DNA of 64,000 nucleotides from an uncultured Erysipelotrichaceae bacterium. GTDB lineage: Bacteria > Bacillota_I > Bacilli_A > RF39 > UBA660. The stretch is from positions 2,980-66,979 of the forward strand of contig CACWUS010000003.1 of assembly GCA_902764145.1 (NCBI GenBank), read 5' to 3'. A model generated the notes under the pieces. That model saw nothing but the letters and a program-made list of their open reading frames with translations. It did no database searches and was not told the origin of the DNA. Shown here piece after piece: positions 36,555 through 48,154 of the stretch. The position numbers and the translations under genes were made by a program. Every line of letters starts with the position of its first letter. Within the stretch, counting starts at the first letter, position 1.

Positions 36555-37259
36555 CTATTTTATGATAGATTCTAATGCTAAAACTATCATTTCATCAAGT
36601 TTTCTTTCTCTAGAAGCTGAGTCTATTTCTTCATGAGTAATTAAATTATCACTGATAGTTAAGAGAGCAGTAGCTTTTTTCTTAAATTTATTAGCATTAC
36701 ACATTAATGCATATGTTTCCATTTCTACAGCTTTACATCCCATATCAATATATTTTGAATAATCTTTATTATCGGTATAAAATGCTTCAGATGTATGAAT
36801 TCTACCAGTTTTTAAATCTAAACCTTTCATTCTTGCTGTATTCATTATAACACTATTTAATTCAGCAGTAGTATTAATAATTTCAGTATTAGTTCTTCCA
36901 CTTTCCTCTTCAAATGTTGTATTTGAATAAACAGAATCAGCAAGTAATATATCATATACTTTCAAATCTTCAATATAACTTCCTGCTGTTCCTATTCTAA
37001 TTATTTTTTCAACATCATAATCATTAAATAATTCATAACTATATATTCCCATACTAGGAATACCCATTCCACTTGCAAATATTGTAACACTTACTCCTTT
37101 ATAATTTCCAGTAAAAGCAAGTTCACCTCTTACTTGATTTACAAGTTTAGGATTTTCTAAATATTTTTCTGCTATAAATTTAGCTCTATTTGGATCACCA
37201 GGCATTAACACACGAGGTGCAATATCCTCTTTATTTGCTTCAATATGTACTGTTGCCAT
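36555..37259 (-). CDS. deoD: purine nucleoside phosphorylase, DeoD type
   Basis: 234 aa. APRVLMPGDPNRAKFIAEKYL, SGMGIPS and VEMETYAL are hallmark DeoD/PNP-UDP family blocks. Confidence 0.92.
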   Translation of the reverse strand: MATVHIEANKEDIAPRVLMPGDPNRAKFIAEKYLENPKLVNQVRGELAFTGNYKGVSVTIFASGMGIPSMGIYSYELFNDYDVEKIIRIGTAGSYIEDLKVYDILLADSVYSNTTFEEESGRTNTEIINTTAELNSVIMNTARMKGLDLKTGRIHTSEAFYTDNKDYSKYIDMGCKAVEMETYALMCNANKFKKKATALLTISDNLITHEEIDSASRERKLDEMIVLALESIIK

Positions 37260-37262
37260 ATG

Positions 37263-39512
37263 TTATTCCTCACCTTCATTTTTATCTTCATATTTTACAA
37301 GAACATCTCTTGGTTTGCTTCCTTTAGCAGGACCAACTAATCCTTGTTCCTCAAACATATCCATTATTCTTGCAGCTCTATTATATCCAATACTAAATTT
37401 TCTTTGGATTAATGATGCACTTATTTGACCAGTACGAATAGCATGATCTAATACTTGATCATAAAGTACATCTTTTTGCATCTCTTCTCCACCACCAGAA
37501 GCACTTGTTCCACCAGAAGAAGATTGTGCACCTAAATTGTTAAAATCATCACTATATCTTGGACCATGACTTCTTTCCTTAATAAAGTCAACTACTCTTG
37601 CTATTTCACCATCAGATACAAAACTTCCTTGAATACGAGTTGGAGCATTATCATCCATTGGCTTATATAACATATCTCCTCTACCAAGTAATTTTTCTGC
37701 ACCTGTCATATCTAAAATTGTTCTTGAATCTATTGATGAAGAAACTGCAAATGATACACGAGTTGGTATATTTGATTTAACAACACCTGTAATAACATCT
37801 GTACTTGGTCTTTGAGTTGCTACTATTAAATGAATTCCAGCAGCACGAGCAAGTTGAGTAATTCTCATAATTGATTCTTCTACTTCTTTAGCTGCAACAA
37901 GCATTAAATCAGCAAGCTCATCGATTATTACAAGAACAAAAGGCATCTTCTTAAGACCACAATCTGGTTTTTTCTTAAGTTCTTTTTCAACATATTCATT
38001 ATATGTTTGAATATTTTTTGTACCACTATTCTTAAATGTTTCAAATCTATCATCCATCATAACAACAATTTTTTGTAATGCAGCACTTGCTTTTTTAGGA
38101 TCTGTTACAACTGGAGTAATTAAATGAGGAATTCCATCATATACATTAAATTCTACTTTTTTAGGATCTACTAAAACCATTTTAACTTCATCTGGTGTAG
38201 TTCTCATCAAAATAGAAACAATTATATTATTTATACATACAGATTTACCAGAACCAGTAGCACCAGCCACTAACATATGTGGTGTTTTATTAATTTCAAC
38301 ATATTTTACATTACCCATTATATCTCTTCCTAATGGAGCAGCAAGTTTAGAATCAGCAAGTTTACTATTCTTACTCATTGCTTCCATTATTTCTCTCATT
38401 GATACAGGTAAAATATTTTGATTTGGAACTTCAACACCTATTGTATTTTTACCAGGTATAGGTGCTTCAATTCTAACTTCTTTAGCAGCCAAAGCTAATG
38501 CTATTTCACGGCTTATACTTAGTACTTTATTTACTTTAGTACCACGTTCTAAATTCATTTCATATTGAGTAATTGCAGGACCAACATGAACTTCAACAAC
38601 TCTTGCATTCATACCAAAATCTCTAAATACTCTTTCAAGAGTTTTTGTGTTTTGAGATATAATTTCAGTAGAATTAGCTTTACCTTTATTCTTATTTACA
38701 TCAAGTAAATCAATTGGTGGTTTTATATAAACTTCATTTATTTCATTTTGTACTTTTGGTATTTCAGACTTAACTTCTTTTGCTTCTTCTTTATGAGTTT
38801 CTAGGTCTTCAACACTAGTTATTACTACTCTCTTATCAACATTCTTTTCATCAATATCTTCAGGAAGTAATCTTTCATTTTTAACCTTTTGAGGAATTTC
38901 ATCCTCTTCATCATCTTCTTCATCACGAGAGAATATTTTCTTAAATGGAGATGCTATTGCTCTACCAATATCTACAAGTGTTATGTCAAATATCATTATT
39001 AATCCAAATCCAATAATTACAGCCATAACAAATATAGTTCCTTCAGTATCAAATAATGATTGGAAGAAGAATGATAAAACGGCTCCTATCATACCACCAC
39101 CAGTATTTACTTCATTATTTGTATCAAAAGCAACATCTATATTTTGCATAGTAGTTGTAAGGATTTCTTTCCCATGCAAACTATTCTCACTTATATAATT
39201 AATATGTGAAAATAATAATAATGCTATTATTAAACAATAAACTCCAATAAGTCTACCAGATAAATAATTTACTCTTCCCCTCTTAGCAATCATACTAACA
39301 CCAAGTACTAGTATTAATGCAAGAAATAATATTGGCCAAGAACCAAACATAAATATAGAAAACTTCTTAATTAATGACCCTACTACTCCAAATGATCCTA
39401 GTCCAGTAACAGCTAAAAGAATTAATAAAAGACCTATTAATTCATTTCCATATTGAAAACCTTTTTTACTAGTTTCTGATTTTGATTTTTTTCTTTTTGC
39501 CACTTTATACAC
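37263..39512 (-). CDS. ftsK: DNA translocase FtsK/SpoIIIE
   Basis: 749 aa with N-terminal TMs, an acidic linker, motor domain with Walker A GATGSGKS, and a C-terminal gamma winged-helix (SASLIQRKFSIGYNRAARIMD). The GTG start follows the ezrA stop directly. Confidence 0.95.
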   Translation of the reverse strand: MYKVAKRKKSKSETSKKGFQYGNELIGLLLILLAVTGLGSFGVVGSLIKKFSIFMFGSWPILFLALILVLGVSMIAKRGRVNYLSGRLIGVYCLIIALLLFSHINYISENSLHGKEILTTTMQNIDVAFDTNNEVNTGGGMIGAVLSFFFQSLFDTEGTIFVMAVIIGFGLIMIFDITLVDIGRAIASPFKKIFSRDEEDDEEDEIPQKVKNERLLPEDIDEKNVDKRVVITSVEDLETHKEEAKEVKSEIPKVQNEINEVYIKPPIDLLDVNKNKGKANSTEIISQNTKTLERVFRDFGMNARVVEVHVGPAITQYEMNLERGTKVNKVLSISREIALALAAKEVRIEAPIPGKNTIGVEVPNQNILPVSMREIMEAMSKNSKLADSKLAAPLGRDIMGNVKYVEINKTPHMLVAGATGSGKSVCINNIIVSILMRTTPDEVKMVLVDPKKVEFNVYDGIPHLITPVVTDPKKASAALQKIVVMMDDRFETFKNSGTKNIQTYNEYVEKELKKKPDCGLKKMPFVLVIIDELADLMLVAAKEVEESIMRITQLARAAGIHLIVATQRPSTDVITGVVKSNIPTRVSFAVSSSIDSRTILDMTGAEKLLGRGDMLYKPMDDNAPTRIQGSFVSDGEIARVVDFIKERSHGPRYSDDFNNLGAQSSSGGTSASGGGEEMQKDVLYDQVLDHAIRTGQISASLIQRKFSIGYNRAARIMDMFEEQGLVGPAKGSKPRDVLVKYEDKNEGEE

Positions 39513-41225
39513 CTAACTTTCCATCTTGCTTAGAAGTTTTTTATGAATACCAGGTTCTACTATGTTTAGTGTATTTAATACTATTTCAAGTGAATCTTTG
39601 TAATCCCCCTTATTAAATGCTTTACTAGATGCATTTAATCCAGCCTCAACTTCTTTATTACTACTTCTATATCTATTACCATAAACAATTGCCATTTCTG
39701 CCATAGCAGCTGTTTTAGTAGTGGTTGATGCAGTTTGATATAGTTTTAATGCTAAATCACGAGCTGTATCAACTCTAATATTTAATGTTTTAATAGAAAT
39801 AGGTTTCTTTTCTATTTCAATATTAATTTCTTTTACAGCATCATATGCTTCCTTTAATTCAGTATAAAATCTATCAGGTATGATTGGTAAATCATAATCT
39901 TTAATTTTATATTTAGAGTTATTAATTATATTTTTAATTTCATATAATTGATCTCTTGCTCTTGCTTCATCCTCTTTTAAACTACCTAAGTTTTTAAGCG
40001 TTGTTTCTAATTTATCTTCAACTTTAGACAAATTGACAGCTACTAGTTCACATTCATTAGCAAGTTTTGAATATGGCATAACTTTTGATAAAGTTCTATC
40101 ATTAACAAGTTTAAAACTATCTTTAACACTAATTAATTCTTTATTAATTTCATCTACTACTAGTACTTCATCTTCTTTTAAGTCATATGTATCTTTAATA
40201 TTATCAATTTCAGAATATAAATTTCTTAAAATAGATGTTACTTTACTTAATCTTTCAGTAATATTAATAATTCCTCTTTCATATTCTTTTTTACTTCTTT
40301 TTTCATCTTCAAAATCAGTATATAAACCTTCATAATAATCAAGAAGAGTTTTTAAGTCAAAAATAGAATCTTGTAAATTCAAAACATTTAATCTATCCAT
40401 TATTTCTTCTATCTTCTTATTTGTTTCTTCTATATTATAATCAATATTTAAATATTCAAGATTATACCCATCTCTAATCATCTTATTAGCATGGCTTTGC
40501 ACATCTTTCATTTTCTTTGGTAATATCATTTTAGACATCATTACAATAGTAGGAGCTTCATCAATAACAATACCAATATTATTAATCATATCATCAAGTG
40601 CTCTTACTATTTTACCAAGTTCTTCATATTCTTTATTTTGAATTGATACTTCAAAAGCACTAAATAATTTATTAATATTCTCAAATTGCAATTCTATTCT
40701 ATTTGAAACATCTTGATAATCATTTTTATTCTTATTATATTTAAATACTATTTCTCTATATACACTTTTTAATTTAGTAATAGCTTCTCTATTTCTGTCT
40801 TCACTTTCTGTTAAATCTTTAATTTCGCCTAATAATTTATCTGATTTAGCTTTAACATGGTAAATATCTTTTTCAGCTCTATCTAATGCTAAAAAAGAAT
40901 TAGTATAATCTTTATTCATACAATAATTTTCTACTTCAATTAATTCATCAGTTAACTTAGGCATATCTTTGTTTTCTAATTCTTCAAATTGTTTATTCCA
41001 TAAATCAACTTGTTTTTCAATATTTTTATTATTTATAAGTTTACTTGCCTTAGATAATTCTGTTTTTAAAGAGGCTGATATTATTAGATTTTTTTCAGTA
41101 TTTAATCTATCAATAGATTCCATAATACTTTTCTTTTTTTTGTTTTTAAGTACAACATATAAAACATATAAAAGAATAGCTATAAATACAAATATCAAAA
41201 CTATTATCAATGTTGTTTTATTCAT
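39513..41225 (-). CDS. ezrA: septation ring formation regulator EzrA
   Basis: I place the start at ATG 41225 (MNKTTLIIVLIFVFIAILLYVLY), preceded by AAGGAGGATATTATT. The track ORF extends 31 codons further upstream without an SD. One N-terminal TM followed by about 540 aa of spectrin-like coiled coil is typical of EzrA. Confidence 0.88.
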   Translation of the reverse strand: MNKTTLIIVLIFVFIAILLYVLYVVLKNKKKKSIMESIDRLNTEKNLIISASLKTELSKASKLINNKNIEKQVDLWNKQFEELENKDMPKLTDELIEVENYCMNKDYTNSFLALDRAEKDIYHVKAKSDKLLGEIKDLTESEDRNREAITKLKSVYREIVFKYNKNKNDYQDVSNRIELQFENINKLFSAFEVSIQNKEYEELGKIVRALDDMINNIGIVIDEAPTIVMMSKMILPKKMKDVQSHANKMIRDGYNLEYLNIDYNIEETNKKIEEIMDRLNVLNLQDSIFDLKTLLDYYEGLYTDFEDEKRSKKEYERGIINITERLSKVTSILRNLYSEIDNIKDTYDLKEDEVLVVDEINKELISVKDSFKLVNDRTLSKVMPYSKLANECELVAVNLSKVEDKLETTLKNLGSLKEDEARARDQLYEIKNIINNSKYKIKDYDLPIIPDRFYTELKEAYDAVKEINIEIEKKPISIKTLNIRVDTARDLALKLYQTASTTTKTAAMAEMAIVYGNRYRSSNKEVEAGLNASSKAFNKGDYKDSLEIVLNTLNIVEPGIHKKLLSKMES

Positions 41226-41331
41226 AATAATATCCTCCTTATACATTTTACCATATTTACTCATATTTTTGTAGTACTTTTTATTATTACTATATATAAT
41301 TATATCAATAAATATCAAATAAAAACAAGAC

Positions 41332-42012
41332 TTACTGTCTTGTATTATTAAAGTATTTTTTTCTTAAAGAAATATGGTTAATATTTTCAAGTACTAAATA
41401 TTTGCCATCTGTATTCATTGTTAAATTAATGTCTTGAGCACTATCAAAATCATGCATTAATAATTGGTAAGCAACATCTAAAAACTCACGATTGTTTTCC
41501 CCATCTACTATATTACCATTAGTACTATAAACTAAAATTTTTCCAAAATTTAGTGAATGAGATGCTACTAAATCTCCATCTGTTAATGAAATATAATTAG
41601 GATTTGGTATATTAGGATATATTAATTTTGTTGTTTTTCTTTTAAAAGAAAGTATTTCTTTGATTTGTCTTAATAAATATTCTCTATTTCTTCTTTCTAA
41701 AATAATTGCATTTATATCATCGATTTCTTCATCTATTAAATCATCAGAATCAAAAATAGATAGTTTAATTTTCATGATCATTTCTTCGAGTTTACTTATA
41801 CTATAAGAACTTAATTCATCAAATGATGGAATAGGACTTTTAAGGATAAATCTTTTAGCTATTGGATTTGCAATCTTAATAAAATCTTTTTCACCCAAAA
41901 TTGACATATTAAGTTCAAATAATAATTCACTAGGAACACTCTTAGAATTATCTATAATATATTCAATGTCTTCTCTTTGAACATAACAATCTTTATCATT
42001 TATTATTTTCAT
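41332..42012 (-). CDS. hypothetical cytoplasmic protein (226 aa)
   Basis: I place the start at ATG 42012 (MKIINDKD...), preceded by AGAGGGTGA. No motif recognised. Confidence 0.5.
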   Translation of the reverse strand: MKIINDKDCYVQREDIEYIIDNSKSVPSELLFELNMSILGEKDFIKIANPIAKRFILKSPIPSFDELSSYSISKLEEMIMKIKLSIFDSDDLIDEEIDDINAIILERRNREYLLRQIKEILSFKRKTTKLIYPNIPNPNYISLTDGDLVASHSLNFGKILVYSTNGNIVDGENNREFLDVAYQLLMHDFDSAQDINLTMNTDGKYLVLENINHISLRKKYFNNTRQ

Positions 42013-42089
42013 AAAATCACCCTCTAATAAATTTATAATATCATAATTAAATAAAAAAATAAACTTGAGACTCAAGTTTATTTCCTTTG

Positions 42090-42980
42090 TTAATCAATAT
42101 TTATAAGTTCATATTCAGTGCTTCCTAGTCCTAAACTTTCAGCATACTCTGTAATATGTCTTCCTTCTTGTCTATCAACACGAGCCATCATTTTAGTATG
42201 TCCTGGATCTTGTGAAGACCATATCATATCTATAAATGCTTGATCGTTTGCTACTGGATCAAGACTTGCTATTATTCCTAAATCTTGCATTACAGGATCT
42301 CCTTGGTGAGAATCACAATCACAATCAACTGATATTGCATTCATAACAGTTATATATAATATTGGCTTATTTTGTTCATTAAAGTAATCAGCTACAGCGC
42401 AAGCTGCTTCAGCCATTGACTCAATAAAATCCTTTTGCTCATAATCAACACTCCAACATTCATCAGGATCTTCTGTTTGTCCACAAGAATGAATATATGC
42501 TTTACCATTTCTTGATGCAACACCTATTGATTGATTTTTTAAGTTAGCACCAAATCCACCCATAGCATGTCCTTTACCATGTGCTAAGTTTAGCATACAG
42601 TCATAATCTTTAAGAGTTTTTCCTACTATATCGTATTTTAAGTGTTTTCCTTTAGTTACTGGTATTTTATATTCACCGTCTGCATCCATAATATCTACTT
42701 TTGCAAATGATGTAAATCCATGTTCTTCTGCAACTTTTAAATGATCTTCTGCATTATTTCTTTCTCCTGGGTATGCAGTATTACATTCAATAATTGTTCC
42801 ATTTAATTTTTTTACAAGTGGGCCAATTAAATCAGCTTTTAAATATCCTTTAGCTCCCTTCTCACCAGTTGAAACTTTTACTCCAACTTTTCCTGTTAAT
42901 TTAACACCTAATTTTTCATATATTTTAATTAAGCTATCAGCTGTTATTTCTTTTGTAAAATAAACTTTAGATTTTTCCAT
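42090..42980 (-). CDS. DUF362 domain-containing protein
   Basis: 296 aa. MEKSKVYFTKEI...GKVGVKVSTGE...ECNTAYPG and a later CDCDSH cluster fit the DUF362 family pattern. Confidence 0.7.
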   Translation of the reverse strand: MEKSKVYFTKEITADSLIKIYEKLGVKLTGKVGVKVSTGEKGAKGYLKADLIGPLVKKLNGTIIECNTAYPGERNNAEDHLKVAEEHGFTSFAKVDIMDADGEYKIPVTKGKHLKYDIVGKTLKDYDCMLNLAHGKGHAMGGFGANLKNQSIGVASRNGKAYIHSCGQTEDPDECWSVDYEQKDFIESMAEAACAVADYFNEQNKPILYITVMNAISVDCDCDSHQGDPVMQDLGIIASLDPVANDQAFIDMIWSSQDPGHTKMMARVDRQEGRHITEYAESLGLGSTEYELINID

Positions 42981-43007
42981 ATTATTTCCTTTCTTAATAA
43001 AAGAGGA

Positions 43008-43688
43008 TTATTTTCCTCTTCTTTTTAGTACATTTAAGTTTTTAAATACTAATGCCGCTAGCAAAGCACCAACCATAGGAAATACGATGAATACCCATAC
43101 TTGACATAAAGGTGTTCCTCCCATAAATAATGCTGGAGCTAAACTTCTTGCAGGATTGACAGAAGTACCAGTTAAACCAATACCAAGTAAATGAACAAAT
43201 GTTAATGTAAGACCAATTACAATTCCAGCAATATCACTTTTAGATTCATCACTTGTAACACCAAGTATAGTATAAACAAATATAAATGTTAATACCACTT
43301 CTGTAATAGCAGCACCTAATAATGAAATATTATTTGCTGATAAGCTTCCATATCCATTAGCACCTAATGCACCAACTCCAATATTTGTATTAGATAATAT
43401 CAAGTAAAGAATTGCAGTACCACAAATAGCACCAAGAACTTGAGATAATACATATAATACAAATTCTTTTAGACTTAATTTTTTATTTATATACATAGCA
43501 AATGATACAGCTGGATTAACATGACATCCAGAAATGTTACCAATTACATATGCACTAGCTACAATAGCAAGGCCAAATGCAAGAGATGTAGCAACTAAGT
43601 CTCCACCGGAAACAACCGCAATACCAGTACCAAATAATACTAGAGTTAATGTACCAATAAATTCTGCAACATATTTTTTCATAAACAA
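43008..43688 (-). CDS. aqpZ: MIP-family aquaporin (AqpZ-like)
   Basis: 226 aa with six TMs and two NPA boxes (HVNPAVS and SVNPARS). The track start is TTG. A terminator-like hairpin (AAGAGGA/TCCTCTT at 43001..43020) overlaps its stop. Confidence 0.9.
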   Translation of the reverse strand: MFMKKYVAEFIGTLTLVLFGTGIAVVSGGDLVATSLAFGLAIVASAYVIGNISGCHVNPAVSFAMYINKKLSLKEFVLYVLSQVLGAICGTAILYLILSNTNIGVGALGANGYGSLSANNISLLGAAITEVVLTFIFVYTILGVTSDESKSDIAGIVIGLTLTFVHLLGIGLTGTSVNPARSLAPALFMGGTPLCQVWVFIVFPMVGALLAALVFKNLNVLKRRGK

Positions 43689-43735
43689 TTATCCTTTCTA
43701 ATTCAATTTTATATTTTAATTATATTATTGTCAAA

Positions 43736-45190
43736 TTATTTAAATACTTTTTTAAACAAATAATTAACTAGTTTAGTAGTACCTTTATTAATAATTTTAT
43801 TTTCTACTCTTTTACCTAAAGTATTTTTACTTTTTTTAGAAGTCTTATAAACTTTGCTTTCTTCTTTTACTATTTCTTGTTTTTTTAATTCTTCTTCCTT
43901 TTCTTTATTTAATTTATCTAACTTTTCTTTAGCACTAAATTCATCTTTAACATTTTCATATTTTTTATATAATCTACTATTTTTGATTAATTCATTTCTT
44001 TCTTCTGTAGTAATTGTTCCCATTCTACTTTGTGGAGGTAATATAGTAACTTTTTCAACTATATCTGGTTCTCCTTTTTCATTTTGAAATGACACTAATG
44101 CTTCTCCAGTACCAAGTAATCTTATTGCTTCTACAGTATCAAATTCCTTATTTGTTCTAAATGAATTAGCTGCTGCTAAAATACTTTTTTCATCAGTTTT
44201 AGTATATGCTCTTAATACATGTTGTACTCTATTACCAAGTTGACTTAATATTTCATCTTTTATATCAGTTGGACTTTGACTTATAAAATAAAGCCCTATT
44301 CCTTTAGATCTAATTAATTTAACAATTGTTATTAATTGTTTAATAACACTATCTTTCATTTCACTAAAAATCAAATGTGCTTCATCAAAGAAGAATACTA
44401 ATTTTGGTTTTTCTAAGTCTCCTACTTCATCCATTTCATTATAAATAGTAGTAAGTAACCATAATAGTAATATTACATAAGTTGTTGGACTTTTAAATAA
44501 TTTTTGAGCATCTAATATATTTATATATCCATATCCATTATTAGTATCATACTTCATAAAATCTTTTATATCAAAAGCTGGTGTACCAAAAAATAAATCT
44601 CCAGAATCACTGTTTAAATTTAATACTGCTCTTTTAATTGAAGTAATAGTTTGAGTTGAAATATTTCCATATTTAGAAGAATATTCTTTTCTTTTGTCAT
44701 TAACATAGCTAAGAGCACTATCTAAATCATTTAAATCAATTAATTCTAATCCTTCATCTTCACAGATTTTATAAACTACCCCTAGTACTTCTTCTTGACT
44801 ATCAGTTAAATCAAGCATACGAGAAAGAAGTCTAAATCCAACACTCTTAACAGTTGTTCTAATTGGATGACCTGACACACCATACATATCATAAAATGTT
44901 GTTGGAAACTTTTCAAAAGTAAATCCTTCAAGATTTAAATTTTTAATTCTTTTATCAACATTTTCATTACTTTCTCCTTTAAAAGCCATTCCAGCTAAAT
45001 CACCTTTTACATCAACTAAAAATACAGGAACACCTGCAGAAGAAAAACTTTCTGCTAGAACTTTTAAAGTAATAGTTTTACCACTACCACTAGCCCCAGT
45101 TATAAGACCATGTCTATTAGCCATCTTTGGAAGTAAATAAACTTCTTTTTTAGAATTCTTACCTACTAATATTTTTTCATTCTTATACAT
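43736..45190 (-). CDS. HerA-like / DUF853 (YjgR-type) P-loop ATPase
   Basis: 484 aa with Walker A GLITGASGSGKT, Walker B VFFFDEAH and a Lys/Glu-rich C-terminal tail. Confidence 0.8.
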   Translation of the reverse strand: MYKNEKILVGKNSKKEVYLLPKMANRHGLITGASGSGKTITLKVLAESFSSAGVPVFLVDVKGDLAGMAFKGESNENVDKRIKNLNLEGFTFEKFPTTFYDMYGVSGHPIRTTVKSVGFRLLSRMLDLTDSQEEVLGVVYKICEDEGLELIDLNDLDSALSYVNDKRKEYSSKYGNISTQTITSIKRAVLNLNSDSGDLFFGTPAFDIKDFMKYDTNNGYGYINILDAQKLFKSPTTYVILLLWLLTTIYNEMDEVGDLEKPKLVFFFDEAHLIFSEMKDSVIKQLITIVKLIRSKGIGLYFISQSPTDIKDEILSQLGNRVQHVLRAYTKTDEKSILAAANSFRTNKEFDTVEAIRLLGTGEALVSFQNEKGEPDIVEKVTILPPQSRMGTITTEERNELIKNSRLYKKYENVKDEFSAKEKLDKLNKEKEEELKKQEIVKEESKVYKTSKKSKNTLGKRVENKIINKGTTKLVNYLFKKVFK

Positions 45191-45205
45191 AATCTACCTC
45201 CATTA

Positions 45206-46429
45206 TTAATACCATAGTGGATATTTTTTTGTTAACTTTTTAACATCTTTTTTAATATTTTCTAACTCTTTTTCATTATCTCTATTTTTAAATACTTTGT
45301 GAATTAAATTAGCTATAACCCTAAAATCATCTTCATTTAATCCTCTACTTGTCATAGCAGCACTACCTATTCTAATACCACTTGTAATCATAGCTTTTTC
45401 AGTTTCATTTGGAATAGTATTTTTATTAACAGTTATATTTACTTTATCAAGCAACATTTCTGCTTCTTTTCCTGTTATACCAACACTTGATTTAACATCT
45501 AAAAGTAATAAATGATTATCTGTTTTTCCACTTACTATTTTGTATCCGAGTTTAATAAATTCATCACACATAGCACTCATATTTTTAATAACTCTTGCTT
45601 GATATTCTTTAAATTCTGGTTGAAGTGCTTCATAAAAACATTGTGCCTTAGCTGCTATAACATGCATTAAAGGTCCACCTTGCATACCAGGGAAAACTAC
45701 TTTATTAATCTTAGTAGCAATTTCTTCATTGTTAGTTAATATTATTCCACCTCTAGGACCTCTTAATGTTTTATGAGTTGTTGATGTAACAACATCAGCA
45801 TAAGGAATTGGAGATGGATGAAGTCCTGCTGCAACTAGCCCTGCTATATGAGCCATATCAACAAATAGATAAGCTCCTACTTCATCACATATATCTCTAA
45901 ACTTTTTAAAATCTATAGTTCTCGAATAAGCAGAAGCACCGGCTATTATCATTTTTGGCTTTTCTCTTTTAGCTATTTTTCTAAGTTCTTCATAATCAAT
46001 CATTTCTGTTTCTAAATTAACATCATAGCTTATTATTTCATAATCTATACCACTAAAATTAAGTTTATAACCATGTGTTAGATGTCCTCCATGACTTAAA
46101 TTCATTCCCATAACTTTATCACCATGATTTAATAATGCTCTGTAAACAGCCATATTAGCACTAGAACCACTATGTGGTTGAACATTGGCATATTTACAAT
46201 TGAATAATTTTGTCACATATTCGATTGCTTTTTCTTCAAAAATATCAATATATTCACATCCACCATAATATCTCTTATTTGGATATCCTTCAGCATATTT
46301 ATTAGTAAGTATGCTTCCTTGTAATTTTAATATTTCATTTGAAACATAGTTTTCTGATGCAATTAATTCTATATTATTTTCTTGTCTTTTTCTTTCTTTT
46401 TTTAACGCTTCTTCTATATCTTTATCCAT
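45206..46429 (-). CDS. glyA: serine hydroxymethyltransferase
   Basis: 407 aa with the PLP-Lys block [16 protein letters not shown] and LIASENY near the N-terminus. Confidence 0.97.
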   Translation of the reverse strand: MDKDIEEALKKERKRQENNIELIASENYVSNEILKLQGSILTNKYAEGYPNKRYYGGCEYIDIFEEKAIEYVTKLFNCKYANVQPHSGSSANMAVYRALLNHGDKVMGMNLSHGGHLTHGYKLNFSGIDYEIISYDVNLETEMIDYEELRKIAKREKPKMIIAGASAYSRTIDFKKFRDICDEVGAYLFVDMAHIAGLVAAGLHPSPIPYADVVTSTTHKTLRGPRGGIILTNNEEIATKINKVVFPGMQGGPLMHVIAAKAQCFYEALQPEFKEYQARVIKNMSAMCDEFIKLGYKIVSGKTDNHLLLLDVKSSVGITGKEAEMLLDKVNITVNKNTIPNETEKAMITSGIRIGSAAMTSRGLNEDDFRVIANLIHKVFKNRDNEKELENIKKDVKKLTKKYPLWY

Positions 46430-46437
46430 AAAACCTC

Positions 46438-47349
46438 CTACTTATTTATAACACTTTTTATAGCATCCTTTATTATTTTAATTGATTCGTCTAATTTTTG
46501 TTTTTCGCTTTTGTTAAGTGGCATATATATTTTTTCACTAACACCATCAATTCCTACAATAGTTGGCGTTGAAATACATACATCATTTTCTTTATCATAA
46601 CTTGAAACTGCTAGTATTATTTTTTTATCTTCAAGTATTGCATTAGTTATTCTTACCATACAAGTACCAATTCCATAATAAGTAGCACCTTTTCTTTTAA
46701 TAACTTCATATGCTGAATTTCTTACTGTTTCTTCTATTTTTTTCATTTCATCAAGAGATAAATAATCTGTTATTTTTTTAAATGCAATATTTGCATTACT
46801 CCAAGGAATAAATTCAGAGTCTCCATGCTCACCTATAACATATGCATCTATATCTTTAGAACAAACATCTAATTTTTCACTCAATATATATCTTAACCTT
46901 GCAGTGTCAAGAGCTGCTCCTGTACCAATTACTTTATTATATTTACTTTTACTATATTTTAGAGTTAAATATGTCATTACATCAAGTGGATTTGTAGCAA
47001 CTAAATATATTCCATTAAATCCACTATTTTTAACATTATTTATTATAGATTTAAATATACTTGCATTTTTATATATTAAATCCATTCTAGTTTCTCCAAC
47101 ATTTTGATTTGCTCCTGCAGTAAGAACAACTATCTTAGCATCTTTACAATCTTTATAACTCCCAACTTTAATTTTCATTTTAGATGGACTATATGGTAAG
47201 CAATGATTTAAATCCATTACTTCACCAATGACTTTATCTTTATTAATATCAATTAATGCAAGTTCATCAACATATGTTTTTTGATTAACTAAAGCATATG
47301 CATATGACATCCCAACATTACCACATCCAATTATAACAATTTTATTCAT
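46438..47349 (-). CDS. ldh: L-lactate dehydrogenase
   Basis: 303 aa with [15 protein letters not shown] Rossmann motif, DTARLR and catalytic His in IGEHGDSE. Confidence 0.93.
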   Translation of the reverse strand: MNKIVIIGCGNVGMSYAYALVNQKTYVDELALIDINKDKVIGEVMDLNHCLPYSPSKMKIKVGSYKDCKDAKIVVLTAGANQNVGETRMDLIYKNASIFKSIINNVKNSGFNGIYLVATNPLDVMTYLTLKYSKSKYNKVIGTGAALDTARLRYILSEKLDVCSKDIDAYVIGEHGDSEFIPWSNANIAFKKITDYLSLDEMKKIEETVRNSAYEVIKRKGATYYGIGTCMVRITNAILEDKKIILAVSSYDKENDVCISTPTIVGIDGVSEKIYMPLNKSEKQKLDESIKIIKDAIKSVINK

Positions 47350-47359
47350 ATTATCCCTC

Positions 47360-48100
47360 TTAATATTCTTTTAAATTATTTAAAAACCATATTCTTTTTA
47401 CATATTCAACTCCTGATTGTGGAATTATAATTTTACTATTACAATATTCACAATGAGTTTTATCTACATCTTTAATAGGTGCCCCACAATTATGACAATT
47501 AAGACCTAATACTTTTATTTTATTTTCACCATAAAGTTTAGAATCTATAACATGTATAAATTGTGTTTTATATCTTGTTTGTTTTTTTCTACCAATTTTA
47601 TTCTTTTCTTTAGTAAAATACTCCAATGATGTTTGAAATTCCATGGTAGCAACTTCATTTCTTTTTTCATATTTACTAAGAACTGTCTTATGAAAATTAA
47701 TATTATCACAGACAAATTTATTATCTTTTAAATCTTCTATTTTATTACTTACATAAGCATATATCCTATCATTCTTATTCTTTAATTCATTTTTGTCTTT
47801 TGTTTCAATCGCATGAAGTACATTTCTTATATTCATTTCTGCACTACTTTTAAGTTCATTAATATTTAGTTCTGGAAAATCTTTTCTAATTTGATCTAAG
47901 TATACATTTTCCATTGAATACACAGTCTTATGTGTTTCACTATCCATTATTTCACTTTTCTCAATCGCATCTTTTAACTTTCTAGTACCAAAATATTGAT
48001 ATAAAAAGTCTCCTAATTTTTTACTCATAAACAAAACTATTCCAATAATTAATAGTAATAACACTAAAATAATAATTAAATTAATAATAAATAATTTCAT
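47360..48100 (-). CDS. membrane-anchored protein with C-terminal zinc ribbon (Tim44-like look)
   Basis: 246 aa with an N-terminal TM and CHNCGAPI...HCEYCNSKI (CxxC...CxxC). Confidence 0.55.
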   Translation of the reverse strand: MKLFIINLIIILVLLLLIIGIVLFMSKKLGDFLYQYFGTRKLKDAIEKSEIMDSETHKTVYSMENVYLDQIRKDFPELNINELKSSAEMNIRNVLHAIETKDKNELKNKNDRIYAYVSNKIEDLKDNKFVCDNINFHKTVLSKYEKRNEVATMEFQTSLEYFTKEKNKIGRKKQTRYKTQFIHVIDSKLYGENKIKVLGLNCHNCGAPIKDVDKTHCEYCNSKIIIPQSGVEYVKRIWFLNNLKEY

Positions 48101-48154
48101 AATATCTTCCTATCTATAGATAATTTTAACATAAATATAAAAAAATTAATATAT

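Noticed and set aside
39513-41318. N-terminal extensions in the ORF track for ezrA (41318), 41332..42075, 31941..32282, 14502..15287, 49569..50381, 50391..50936, 48170..49054 and 19833..21059.
   Set aside because: In each case an internal ATG is preceded by a good SD at proper spacing. The extension either lacks an SD, overlaps an upstream terminator or gene, or begins at TTG. The shorter coordinates are reported instead.
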